From Candidatus Multivorans sp. (lineage in GTDB: Bacteria; Acidobacteriota; Thermoanaerobaculia; Multivoradales; Multivoraceae): 64,000 nucleotides of DNA. Made by a program: the position numbers and the translations under genes. Positions 20,120 through 30,073 of this stretch are shown piece after piece. Location: NCBI GenBank assembly GCA_965224025.1, contig OZ245033.1, positions 2,944,001 through 3,008,000 of the forward strand. Direction: 5' to 3'. How positions within the stretch are numbered: the stretch's first letter is position 1; every line of letters begins with the position of its first letter. The notes beneath the pieces are model-generated. The model was not told the origin of the DNA. It ran no database searches and saw nothing but the letters and a program-made list of their open reading frames with translations.

Positions 20120-21268
20120 CTACCGACCTTCGGCCCACTCCTTCTCCAACTGCCGCGCCCCGCGCATCGTCATTCCCATCGAGTAGTTGCCTTCGTGGCA
20201 GGCGTACTCGTAGATGCGCTGGTCCGTGCGCAGCCACGGGAACGAACCGCCCCAGGTCGCCTCGTAGTCGGGATCGTCGACGCTGAACTCGTAGAACAGG
20301 TTGCCGTCTCCTTGGGGAGTCAGACGCTCGACGATGTGGAGCCCCTCGTGAGGCACGCCTGAGGAGCTCCCGGAGTTCTTCCGTCGCTCGCTCGCGGCCC
20401 TTGCCACGCCCTGGCGGCGGAAGTTCGTCGTGTCGACGACCAGCGTGTCGCCATCCCACCGGCCGATCGAGTCGCCGGCGTAGGAGAGCACTTCTTCCGG
20501 TTCGTGCTCCGAGTCGAAGCGGACGATGCGCGCCTCGTGCATCAGTTCCGCCAGGAACACGACATGGGTCGCGGTCTGGGTTATGCGGTAGTAGGCGCCG
20601 TAACCCCTTCGCAGGGTAGGGATGGTCGCCCGGTCGGAGTAGATGCAGCGCTCCCAGAGGCCGATCAGCTCCGGGTCGTCGAAGAGCCGGTGTTCCCCAT
20701 TCGTCGTCGGGATGACCCGGCCTCGCACGCCGGCGACTTCGTCCGCCTCCAGCCACTAGGCTCCGTCGGGATTCGGGGGGCCCATGCGATCGGCTGTCGT
20801 GAAAGCCGGCCGCCGTTTCTTTCCGGCCTCGGTGACCGCCGGCATGCGGCCGTTCGGCGGGTCGGTGAGGACCGAGTTCCGGTGCCTGCCGTCGACGGTA
20901 AAGACGATCGTGCCCATGTCGAGAAGCGCGAGGGCATTGCCGCCGGTGACCCGGCCGCTGCTGTAGCCGCCGGCCGGCGGGGGAGAACGATCCGGGTCGC
21001 CGGGGATGCCCTGCTGGGCGACCCTCGCGGCCATCGCCTCTTCGATTCTCCTCGCCTCGTCGGCGCCCATGTAGGGGTCGTTCCCGTACTTCGGATTGCG
21101 CGCGAAAGGCGTCAGCGTGTTGATGGTGTAGGTGCCGGAGAGATCCGGCTCGCCGCCCGGCATCCGTGGAATGTCGCCCGGCGCGGCCGGCGCGGCCGCT
21201 GCCACGAGGCTTGCGGCGAGCACTAACACCGCCTTCTTCGCCAGCCAGCGATTTCGGCTTCCCTTCAT
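20120..21268 (-). pseudogene. Exported 'ACHEGN'-family protein with in-frame TAG at 20756-20758
   Basis: ORFs 20756-21268 and 20120-20728 share a frame; PDLSGTY, DPPNGRMP, GDSIGRWDGDTLVVDTTNF, YEYACHEGNY; paralog at 44840 has WW where this gene has *W. Confidence 0.85.
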
Positions 21269-23403
21269 CCCTCGAGCTCGATGCGCTGCAGCGCGGCTTG
21301 GGTGAGGATCCGCAACTGATCCACGCCCTCGGCGCCGGCGTCGACGTCGATGACGATCGTGGTCCCGTCGGCGAGGATCTCCCAGGCGTCGGAGTCCGTC
21401 TCGCCGACGAGCGAGCCGCGATCGGCCGGGGTGCCGAACTCGGGGTCGGCGAAGGCGAGGAAGTCGCTGGCGGCGAGGCTCGCCGAACTCGCGGCGACGC
21501 CCAGGATGGGGTCGTCGAACGTGATTCCGACGCCGCCTGAGCCGGCCGCGGCGGTGGGGGCGAAGTGGAGGAGGAAGCTGTGAACGACGGTGCCCGCGGG
21601 TACGGTCGCTCCGTGCGGCGGGTTGCCGCCATCATAGGAGGCGGGGGCTCCGTCGGACTCGACTGCCAGGTCCTCGCCGAGGGTGGCGAACTGCCGCTCG
21701 ACGATCAGCTCCGGACGATCGACGGCGGTCCGGCGAGCGGCCGACAGATCGTCGGGAACGGTTTCGTGGCCGATGTCGCCGAGAACGTCGACGCCGTCCG
21801 CCGAGGCGATGCGCGCGTCGTAGTCGGCCCCTTCGCGGCTTCGGGCCGCTTCGACTTCGAACCAGTTGGTGAGGTCGTCCCGCAAGGACTGGAAGATGTT
21901 CTGGATCTCCGGCGTCTTCGAGCCGATGTCGGCGCTGGTGGCGACCGGCGTCTCTTCGCGCGGGTCCTCGATCAGGTCGTAGAGTTCCCACTCCCTGCCG
22001 CTGGTTTCGGAGATCAGCTTGTATTGGTCGTCGATGATCGACCGCTCGCCGCCGACCCTCTGCAGCATTCGGGTACGCCGGCTGTCGCAGTCGGTGTCTT
22101 CATCGTCGCCGCGCTCGGGAGTCGGGTCGCCGCAGTCCTCCCACCGGATGGGCCCCCTGCGCGGCGCCGAACGATCGCCGAAGAGGACCTCGGTCATCGA
22201 CTCGCCGTCGAGGGGCCGCGCGTCCGGCATCCCGATTCCCCAGATGTCCAGGAGCGTCGGCAGGTAGTCGCTGGTCGTCATCGGTGTCGAGGTCTCGCCG
22301 GGGGCGATCCGCCCCGGCCACTCGACGATTCCCGGCACCCGGACTCCGCCTTCCCAGAGGTTGCTCTTGGAACCTCGCAGGCCACCCTTGCCCTTGCTCT
22401 CGAACTCCATCCTCACCGAGCCCGACTGGCCGTTGTCGGACGTGAAGGCCAGGAGCGTTTCGCCCTCGACGCCGAGCTCCCGAAGGTGCGTCCGCAGGCG
22501 GCCGATCTCCGTATCCATCGCCGTGATGCTGGAGTAGTAGCGCGCCTCGTACTCACTCCACTCCGCCTGCTCCTCCGGCGTGTAGAACTCGTCGAGCGTC
22601 GCCTGGTTGAGACGGTGCGGGCCATGGGGTGCATGAAGCCAGACGACGGCGAGGAAGGGACGCTGGGCCGCGACCGCGTCGTCGATGAACCGCAGCGTCT
22701 CGCGGATGATGATCGCCGAGGCGTCGCCGCGCAGCTCCGGCAAGTCGGGGTCGACGTGCTCTCCGGGGCCGGTGTAGTAGCGGCCGCCGTGGAAGTTGCC
22801 CTCGCTGGGGAGCGGTCCCAGGGGGTCCTCCTTCATCGGCTCGAAGGTGGGCAGTGCCTGCTCGCTCGCCCAGACGCGGTCGTAGCCGTGGCTCCAGGGC
22901 GGGGAGTAGAACTCGCCGCCGTTCCTGTCTCGCAGCGTCCTGGTGAGATCGCCGAGGTGCCACTTGCCGAAGTGTCCGGTCGTGTAGCCCTGGGTCGCGG
23001 CGAGTTCAGCCAGCGTCAGCTCGAGGTTGCGGAGGGCGTCGTTGTATGCCCAGTCCACGCCGTTGCGGCGCGGCGCCCGGCCGGTGACGAAGGAGGCCCG
23101 CGTGGGGCTGCAGACCGAGCCGCCCGAGTACATGCGATGGAACTGGAGCCCTTCCTCCGCCATCGCTCGCAGGTTGGGCGTCCTGAGCTCGGGATGGCCC
23201 GGGAAGACGTGTCCGGGTGCGAGTTGCTGTGAGTACTCGACGGCGCCCCATCCCTGATCGTCGCTCATCATCAGAATGACGTTGGGCCGCGACGGAAACG
23301 GCAGAGGCGCTGCCGCTTCGTCCGCCACCGGCGTCGCGCAGCCACAGGCCGCGACGCCCGCGAAGAGCATCGCCCATCGAAGCGATTCGGGTGTTCTACT
23401 CAT
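21265..23403 (-). CDS. Formylglycine-type sulfatase, putative lipoprotein, with extra C-terminal domain
   Basis: PNVILMMSDDQG, CSPTRASFVTG, GHFGKWHLG, FTSDNG, WEGGVRVP; VAACGC lipobox-like. Confidence 0.92.
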   Translation of the reverse strand: MSRTPESLRWAMLFAGVAACGCATPVADEAAAPLPFPSRPNVILMMSDDQGWGAVEYSQQLAPGHVFPGHPELRTPNLRAMAEEGLQFHRMYSGGSVCSPTRASFVTGRAPRRNGVDWAYNDALRNLELTLAELAATQGYTTGHFGKWHLGDLTRTLRDRNGGEFYSPPWSHGYDRVWASEQALPTFEPMKEDPLGPLPSEGNFHGGRYYTGPGEHVDPDLPELRGDASAIIIRETLRFIDDAVAAQRPFLAVVWLHAPHGPHRLNQATLDEFYTPEEQAEWSEYEARYYSSITAMDTEIGRLRTHLRELGVEGETLLAFTSDNGQSGSVRMEFESKGKGGLRGSKSNLWEGGVRVPGIVEWPGRIAPGETSTPMTTSDYLPTLLDIWGIGMPDARPLDGESMTEVLFGDRSAPRRGPIRWEDCGDPTPERGDDEDTDCDSRRTRMLQRVGGERSIIDDQYKLISETSGREWELYDLIEDPREETPVATSADIGSKTPEIQNIFQSLRDDLTNWFEVEAARSREGADYDARIASADGVDVLGDIGHETVPDDLSAARRTAVDRPELIVERQFATLGEDLAVESDGAPASYDGGNPPHGATVPAGTVVHSFLLHFAPTAAAGSGGVGITFDDPILGVAASSASLAASDFLAFADPEFGTPADRGSLVGETDSDAWEILADGTTIVIDVDAGAEGVDQLRILTQAALQRIELEG

Positions 23404-23410
23404 GTCGAGG

Positions 23411-25411
23411 TCACGGCGCAGCCGGCAGGGCGAAGGCCACGAGCTGAGCCGTCTCCGGGCCGCCGCGCGCGGTTCTCGAGACCACCTTGCCGCCGGCGGG
23501 CACGACGATGTACTGGCGGCCCTGGTGCAGGTAGGTCATCGGTACTCCGTGCAGGGTGGCCTCGGTCTCCACCTCCGCCAGGAGCTTGCCGGTCGCCTTG
23601 TCGTAGGCCTGCAGGTAGCTGCCCCTGGCGGCTCGGGCGTCCCAGCTCGGCCAGTTCGGCACGTAGGTGATCAGCAGGGTCCTGGTGATGAGAAGCCCGC
23701 CCTCGCGGTTGCCGCTCGAGGGGCGGCTGCCGAGCGGGCCGAGTTCGAGATGCCGGATGGCGGGGTGGTCGGTCGGTCCCTCGCCGAACGGCGCCATCCA
23801 GGCGTGCTCGCCGGTGCGCAGATCGATGGCCGTGATGCGCTGATACGGAGGCTTGAGGAGCGGCAGTCCCTGGGGACTTCCGACACGACCGCCGCGGCTT
23901 ACCCATCTCCACTCGCTGCGCGCCGGGTCCGGGGGCGCGACCGCCACCCCGGTCGGCTGCGTTCGCGACTGGACGTAGAGGACGCCGGTCAAGGGATCGA
24001 GCGAGGCGCCGGGATGATTGGCTCCACCCGCCATCCCGGGCACCGCGAGCGTCGCCTGCTTTCCTCCCTCACCGCCGACGATGGGAGGCGTGAACATCGG
24101 TCCCAGGAGGAACTCCCCGGCGATCTCGAGCGCCTCCTTTCGCAGCTCGGGCGTGAAGTCGATCAGATCGTCGATCGTCACGCCCTGGAGATCGAAGGCC
24201 GCCGGTCTGGTCGGAAAGGGCTGGGTCGGCGCCGTCCTCTCCCCGGGCACCGTGGTCTGCGGCACCGGGCGTTCTTCGATCGGCCAGATGGGCTCGCCCG
24301 TGACCCGGTCGAAGACATAGGCGAAGGCCGTCTTGGACACCTGGGCGACGATCTTCCGCAACCGGCCGTCGATCACGACGTCGGCGAGAACGGGCGCGGA
24401 GGCGATGTCCCAGTCCCAGATGCCGTGATGAACGGCCTGGAAGTGCCAGACGCGCTCGCCGGTTTCGGCGTTGACGCAGAGCAGGCTCTCGGCGTAGACG
24501 TTGTTGCCGGGCCGGTGACCGCCCCAGAGGTTGCCGGTCGGCGTCGTGGTGGGGATGTAGACATAGCCGAGCTCCTCGTCGCCGGCCATCGCTCCCCAGA
24601 CGTTGGCGCCGCCAACCCACTTCCAGGAGTCGTTGTGCCACGTGTCGGTGAACTCCTCGCCCTCCTGCGGGATGGTGTGGAAGCGCCACTTCGGCTCGCC
24701 GGTACGGACATCGTAGGCCCGCACGTGGCCCGGCGGAAGACCCTGCTTCGTCGCCGGTGCGTCGGCGATTCGCGAGCCCACGACGAACGTGTCTCGAATC
24801 ACGATTCCGGGCGAGCCGGCGCTGATGTCCCGCTGGAAGATCTCCTCGCGGCCCAGCCGGTCGTCCGACAGGTCGACGATGCCGTCTGCTCCGAAGGCGG
24901 GGTCGGGGCGTCCCGTCGCGAGGTCCAGCGAGATCAGTTGCTTGCCGCTGGTGATGAAGATGATGCGCTCGTCCTCGCCGTCGGTCCAGTACTCGAGGCC
25001 TCGGGGAGTGGCGCCGTAGGCTCGCGGGAACTCGTAGCTCTTCGGGTCGTAGACCCAGAGCTCCGCACCGGTCGCGGCGTCGAGGGCCGCGATCTGCCAG
25101 AGGCTGGTCGCCATGTAGACCCGGCCGCCGATGTTGAGCGCCGAGCCGCGGAAGGTCCCGGGCTCCTCCCTCAGCTCGTGATCGGCCGACCGCCAGCGCC
25201 AGGCGACCTCGAGCCGCTCGAAGTTCGACGCATCGATCTGGTCGAGGGGCGAGTAGCGGGTGAAGGCGTGGTCGTGGCCATGGTGGCGCCACTCGGCGTC
25301 CGCTTCGCGTGACTCAGCGAGGGCCGCTGTTGCCATCGAGGCGGCCGCCAGCAGCGCCACGACAAGGCGGGCCTGCCAGATGGTCGAGCGCTGGCGAGCG
25401 TTCTTGTTCAC
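23411..25411 (-). CDS. PQQ-binding beta-propeller dehydrogenase
   Basis: RYSPLDQID, GGHRPGNNVYAES, HHGIWDWD, PTQPFPT, PMTYLHQGRQY. Confidence 0.9.
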   Translation of the reverse strand: MNKNARQRSTIWQARLVVALLAAASMATAALAESREADAEWRHHGHDHAFTRYSPLDQIDASNFERLEVAWRWRSADHELREEPGTFRGSALNIGGRVYMATSLWQIAALDAATGAELWVYDPKSYEFPRAYGATPRGLEYWTDGEDERIIFITSGKQLISLDLATGRPDPAFGADGIVDLSDDRLGREEIFQRDISAGSPGIVIRDTFVVGSRIADAPATKQGLPPGHVRAYDVRTGEPKWRFHTIPQEGEEFTDTWHNDSWKWVGGANVWGAMAGDEELGYVYIPTTTPTGNLWGGHRPGNNVYAESLLCVNAETGERVWHFQAVHHGIWDWDIASAPVLADVVIDGRLRKIVAQVSKTAFAYVFDRVTGEPIWPIEERPVPQTTVPGERTAPTQPFPTRPAAFDLQGVTIDDLIDFTPELRKEALEIAGEFLLGPMFTPPIVGGEGGKQATLAVPGMAGGANHPGASLDPLTGVLYVQSRTQPTGVAVAPPDPARSEWRWVSRGGRVGSPQGLPLLKPPYQRITAIDLRTGEHAWMAPFGEGPTDHPAIRHLELGPLGSRPSSGNREGGLLITRTLLITYVPNWPSWDARAARGSYLQAYDKATGKLLAEVETEATLHGVPMTYLHQGRQYIVVPAGGKVVSRTARGGPETAQLVAFALPAAP

Positions 25412-27597
25412 TGTGCTCGCTGCAACGCCGCTTGGGTGAGGATCCGCAACTGATCCACGCCTTCGGCGCTGGCGTCCACGTCAACGACGATCGTGGTCCC
25501 GCCGGCGAGGATCTCCCAGGCGTCGGAGTCGGTCTCGCCGACCAGCGTGCCGCGATCGGCCGCGGCGCCGAACTCGGGGTTGGCGAAGGCGAGGGAGTCG
25601 CTGGCGGCGAGGCTCGCGGAGCTTGCGGCGACGCCGAGGATGGGGTCGTCGAAGGTGATCTCGACGCCGCCCAGGCTGGCCGCGGCGGTGGGTGCGAAGT
25701 GCAGCAGGAAGCTGTGGACGACCGCGCCCGCGGGTACGGTCGCTCCGGGCGGCAGGTTGCCGGCGTCGTAGGAGGCGGGGGCGCCGTCGCTGTCGACCGC
25801 CAGGTCCTCGCCGAGGGTAGCGAACTGCCGTTCGACGACCAGCTCGGGACGATCGACGGAGGTCCGGCGAGCGGCCGACAGGTCGTCGGGAACGGTCTCG
25901 TCGCCGACGTCGCCGAGAAGATCGACGCTGCCGGCGGCGGCGATGCGCGTGTCGTAGTCGGCGCCCTCGCGGCTGGCCGCCGATTCAACTTCGTACCAGG
26001 TGGTGATCTCGTCGAGGAGCGACGTGAAGACCGCCTCAACCTCCGGCGGCTTCGAGTCGATGTCGGCGCTGGTGGCGACCGGGGTCTGTTCGCGAGGGTC
26101 TTCGAGCAGGTCGTAGAGTTCCCACTCCCGGCCGCTGGTCAGGGAGATCAGCTTGTAGCGGTCGTCGAGGATGGAGCGCCCGCCGCCCACCCTCGTCAAC
26201 CCCCGGCCGCCGCGGCCACGGCCGGCGCTGTCGCAGTCCTCGGGCTCGCCGACTGCGCGTTCGGGAACGGGGTCGCCACAGTCGTCGAACCGGAGGCGTC
26301 CCAGGCGCGGCGCCGAGCGATCGCCGAAGAGAACCCCGCTCATCGACTCGCCGTCGAGCGGCCGCGAGTCGGGCAGGTCGAGTTCCCAGATGTCCAGGAG
26401 CGTCGGCAGGTAGTCGCTCGTGATCATCGGTGTAGCGGTCTCTCCGCGAGCGATTTGCCCGGGCCACTCGACGATGCCCGGCACCCGGACCCCGCCCTCC
26501 CAGATGGTGCCCTTGAATCCGCGCAGGCCGCCCTTCGCCTCCTCCCGATCGTCGAGCCTCACGGATTGCGAAAGCCCGTTGTCGGAGGTGAAGGTCACGA
26601 GCGTGTCGTCTTCGATGCCGAGCGTGCGCAGGTGCCCTCGCAGGCGGCCGATCTCCTTGTCCATCGCCGTGATGCCGGAGTAGTAGGCCTTTTCGTAGTC
26701 GTTCATCTGGCTCTGCTCCTCAGCCGAGTAGAACTCGTCGAGGGTCGCCTGGTCGAGGCGGTGGGGGCTGTGCGGCGGATGGAACCAGACGACGGCGAAG
26801 AAGGGCCGCTCGGCGGCGACGGCATCGTCGATGAACCGCATCGTCTCCCTGACGATGATCGCGGAGGCGTCGCCGGCGAGAGTGGGGGAGTCGATGTCGA
26901 CGTGCTGCTCGTGACCGGTCCAGTAGTGCGCGCCGATGTGATTCCCTTCGCTGGGTAACGGCCCGGCGGGGTCGATGCGCATCGGTTCGAAGGTCGGCAG
27001 CGCCTGCGGGGACGCCCAGGTGCGCTCGTAGCCGTGATGCCACGGCGCCGAATAGAAGTCGCCGCCGCTCCGGCCGAAGCAGCGGCCGCCGCATCGCGCA
27101 AGATCGTCCGCGTCGGGTTCGGGTGTCTTGTTCAGGTTGCCGAGGTGCCACTTGCCGAAGTGTCCGGTCATGTAGCCCTGGGTCTGGGCCAGTTCGGCGA
27201 TCGTCAGCTCCAGGTTGCGCAGACCGTCGTTGTACGCCCTGTCGATGTGGTTGCGGCGTGGAGAACGGCCGGTGACGAACGACGACCGGGTCGGACTGCA
27301 GTTCGAACCGTGCGAGTACATGCGGTGGAACTGGAGGCCGGCCGCCGCCATCTCGCGCAGGTTGGGCGTCTTGACCTCGCTGTGGCCCGGAAAGACGTCG
27401 CCGGGGGCGAGTTGCTGGGGGTACTCGACGTCGCCCCAGCCCTGATCGTCGCTCATCATGAGGATGATGTTCGGCCGCGGCGGAATCGATGCCGGCCCGG
27501 CCTCGTCGCCTGAAGGAGCCGCGCAGCCGCAGGCTGCGAGGCCGAGGATCAGCGCGCCCGGCCGGTGGAAGGCGGTACGTGAGACTCTGCTGATCAT
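25408..27597 (-). CDS. Formylglycine-type sulfatase, paralog of 21265-23403
   Basis: PNIILMMSDDQG, CSPTRSSFVTG, GKWHLG, SDNG; LAACGC lipobox-like; same C-terminal domain. Confidence 0.92.
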   Translation of the reverse strand: MISRVSRTAFHRPGALILGLAACGCAAPSGDEAGPASIPPRPNIILMMSDDQGWGDVEYPQQLAPGDVFPGHSEVKTPNLREMAAAGLQFHRMYSHGSNCSPTRSSFVTGRSPRRNHIDRAYNDGLRNLELTIAELAQTQGYMTGHFGKWHLGNLNKTPEPDADDLARCGGRCFGRSGGDFYSAPWHHGYERTWASPQALPTFEPMRIDPAGPLPSEGNHIGAHYWTGHEQHVDIDSPTLAGDASAIIVRETMRFIDDAVAAERPFFAVVWFHPPHSPHRLDQATLDEFYSAEEQSQMNDYEKAYYSGITAMDKEIGRLRGHLRTLGIEDDTLVTFTSDNGLSQSVRLDDREEAKGGLRGFKGTIWEGGVRVPGIVEWPGQIARGETATPMITSDYLPTLLDIWELDLPDSRPLDGESMSGVLFGDRSAPRLGRLRFDDCGDPVPERAVGEPEDCDSAGRGRGGRGLTRVGGGRSILDDRYKLISLTSGREWELYDLLEDPREQTPVATSADIDSKPPEVEAVFTSLLDEITTWYEVESAASREGADYDTRIAAAGSVDLLGDVGDETVPDDLSAARRTSVDRPELVVERQFATLGEDLAVDSDGAPASYDAGNLPPGATVPAGAVVHSFLLHFAPTAAASLGGVEITFDDPILGVAASSASLAASDSLAFANPEFGAAADRGTLVGETDSDAWEILAGGTTIVVDVDASAEGVDQLRILTQAALQRAQ

Positions 27598-27631
27598 CTT
27601 GTGTACCTCCTCATCCCGTCGAGCGAAGTTG

Positions 27632-29626
27632 TCAGCGCTCCCTCGGCAGGGCGAAAGCCAACAGCTCGGCCTTCGCCGCCTCGATGCTCGCGTTCCTGCC
27701 CACGGCCCTGCCGCCCGGCTTGCCGCCAGCCGGGACCACGATGTACTGGCGCCCCTGATAGCGGTACGTGATCGGCACGCCGTGGAGCGCGGTGTCGGTC
27801 TCCACCTGCGCCAGCACCTTGCCGGTGGCCTTGTCGTAGGCGGTGAGGTAGCTGGCGGTCGCCGTCGGCGCGTCCCAGCCCTTCCGTTTGGGCGAGTGGC
27901 TGATGAGGAGGGTCCTGGTGACCAGAAGCCCGCCCTCGCGGGTGCCGCTCGAAGGGCGACTGCCCAGCGGCCCGAGGTCGAGGTGACGGAGCGCGGGGTG
28001 ATCGGTCGGGCCTTCTCCCAGCGGCGCCTGCCAGGCGTGCTCGCCGGTCTTCAGATCGATCGCCGTGATGCGCCGGTAGGGAGGCTTTGTCAGCGGCAGC
28101 CCCTGCGGGATCTTGAGCCCTCCGCCTCCTCCCGTCGACTTCTTCACGTAGCGAAACTCGCTGCGCGCGGGGTCCGGCTTCGCCAGCCCCCAGGCACCGA
28201 GCTGGGTCGTCGACTGGACGTAGACGATCCCGGTCAGGGGATCGAACGAGGCGCCGGGATGGTTCGCTCCGCCGCCTGCGCCGGGCGAAACGATCGTGCC
28301 GAGCTTGCCTTCCTCGCCGACGACGATGGAGGGCGTGAAGATCGGTCCGGTGACAAACGACTCGATGTAGTCGAGCGCCTCCTGGCGCAGCTCCGGCGTG
28401 AAGTCCATCAGATCGTCGACGGTCAGGCCCTGCAGATCGAACGCCGGCGGCTTGGTGGGAAACGGCTGGGTCGGCGAGAGCTTCTCGCCGGGCACCGTGG
28501 ACGGGGGAACCGGCCGCTCCTCGATCGGCCACAGAGGCTCGCCGGTGACCCGATCGAAGACGTAGAGGAAGGCGGTCTTCGCCGCCATGGCCACGGCCTT
28601 GCGCAGCCGGCCTTCGACGACCACGTCGACGAGGTTGGGGGCCGAGGCGTTGTCGTAGTCCCAGATGCCGTGATGCACGGTCTGGAAGTGCCAGACGCGC
28701 TCGCCGGTCTCCGCGTCGACGCATACCAGGCTCTCGCCGTACACGTTGTCGCCGTGTCGGTCGCCGCCGTAGTAGTCGCTCGACGGTGTCGAGGTGGCGA
28801 AGTAGACGTAGCCGAGCTCTTCGTCGGCGGCGAGCGGCGCCCACACGTTCGTGTTGCCCATCCACTTCCAGGAGTCGTTCTCCCAGGTCTCGGTGAAGTC
28901 GTCGCCTTCCTGCGGGATCGTGTGGAAGCGCCACTTCTGCTCGCCGGTGCGCACGTCGTAGGCGCGCACGTGGCCCGGCGGGATGCCTGTCTTTTTCGAC
29001 GGCACGTCGAAGATCCTCGAGCCGACGATGTAGGTGTCGCCGACCACGATGCCGGGCGAGCCGGCGCTGATGTCGCGCAGCCGGATACCGGGGCGTCCGA
29101 GGTCGTCGAGCGACATGTGGACGAAGCCCTCCTCGCCGAAGTCGGGATCGGGTTGCCCTGTCTCGAGGTCGATCGAGATCAGCAGCTTGCCGGAGGTGGC
29201 GAAGAGGATGCGCTCCTCCTCGCCGTCGGTCCAGTACTCGATGCCCCGTGGATTCGAGTACGCGGCCCTCGGCGCCTCGTGCGCCTTGGAGTCGAACGCC
29301 CAGAGCTCTTCGCCGGTTGCGGCATCGAGGGCCGCGAGTTGCCACAGCGTGGTCATCATGTAGACCCGGCCGCCGATCATGAGCGCCGAGCCGGTGAAGG
29401 CGCCCGGCTCCTCCCTCACGCGGTGGTCGGCCGATTTCCAGCGCCATGCCACCTCGAGCCGGGAGAAGTTCTCCCCGTCGATGTCCTCGAGCGGCGAGTA
29501 GCGGCTGAAGGCGTGGTCGCGGCCATGGTGCGGCCACTCGACGTCGGGGGCGCCGGATTCGGCGAAGGCGGCGGGACCAGACGATGCGGCCGCCAGAGCC
29601 GTCAGTACCGCGCAGGCAGCCCTCAC
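27632..29626 (-). CDS. PQQ-binding beta-propeller dehydrogenase, paralog of 23411-25411
   Basis: Same motifs (HHGIWDYD, SPTQPFPT); start reassigned to GTG 29626, which overlaps the upstream TGA and gives a signal peptide. Confidence 0.88.
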   Translation of the reverse strand: MRAACAVLTALAAASSGPAAFAESGAPDVEWPHHGRDHAFSRYSPLEDIDGENFSRLEVAWRWKSADHRVREEPGAFTGSALMIGGRVYMMTTLWQLAALDAATGEELWAFDSKAHEAPRAAYSNPRGIEYWTDGEEERILFATSGKLLISIDLETGQPDPDFGEEGFVHMSLDDLGRPGIRLRDISAGSPGIVVGDTYIVGSRIFDVPSKKTGIPPGHVRAYDVRTGEQKWRFHTIPQEGDDFTETWENDSWKWMGNTNVWAPLAADEELGYVYFATSTPSSDYYGGDRHGDNVYGESLVCVDAETGERVWHFQTVHHGIWDYDNASAPNLVDVVVEGRLRKAVAMAAKTAFLYVFDRVTGEPLWPIEERPVPPSTVPGEKLSPTQPFPTKPPAFDLQGLTVDDLMDFTPELRQEALDYIESFVTGPIFTPSIVVGEEGKLGTIVSPGAGGGANHPGASFDPLTGIVYVQSTTQLGAWGLAKPDPARSEFRYVKKSTGGGGGLKIPQGLPLTKPPYRRITAIDLKTGEHAWQAPLGEGPTDHPALRHLDLGPLGSRPSSGTREGGLLVTRTLLISHSPKRKGWDAPTATASYLTAYDKATGKVLAQVETDTALHGVPITYRYQGRQYIVVPAGGKPGGRAVGRNASIEAAKAELLAFALPRER

Positions 29627-30056
29627 CGGTTCGGTGGCTCCGACGGGTCGGCTGAGTCTCTCGGCGCGCCGGTGCCGGACGAGCCCAGGAACAGCCTCTC
29701 CCCGTTCGTGTAGGTCACGGTGCGTCCCGCGCACTTGTTCGAGCGGTCCTTGGCCTGGAAACCGTCGACCACGATCTCGGTTCCCGGCAGCAGCGACTCC
29801 TTGGTGAAACCGCGACGGAACAGGCTGGGGGGCTGCCGCTCTCGACCATCCAGATCTCTGTCGAGCCGTCTTCTTTCGCCACCTCCATGTGGATCCACGC
29901 ATGCGGGTTGATCCACTCCATCCGGGTCACCTTCCCGGTGAGCTTGACCGGGCTGTCGGCATCGAACTCGGCCGCGAAGGCGTGGTGCGCCATCGCCGGC
30001 ACGGCGCCCACGAAGACGAAAGCGGTTGCGGCCAGAAGGGCCTTGGTGGGCACCAT
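29623..30056 (-). pseudogene. DUF6152-like small exported protein, frameshifted at the homopolymer 29827-29832
   Basis: AAGGAGG SD, signal ending AMA then HHAFAAEFD, WINPHAWIH; adding one C gives ESGSPPSLFRRGFTKESLLPGTEIVVDGFQAKD. Confidence 0.8.
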
Positions 30057-30073
30057 GTTGACCTCCTTTCGGG

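Noticed and set aside
19285-20186. ORFs spanning the repeat region
   Set aside because: Translations of palindromic repeat DNA with no protein motifs
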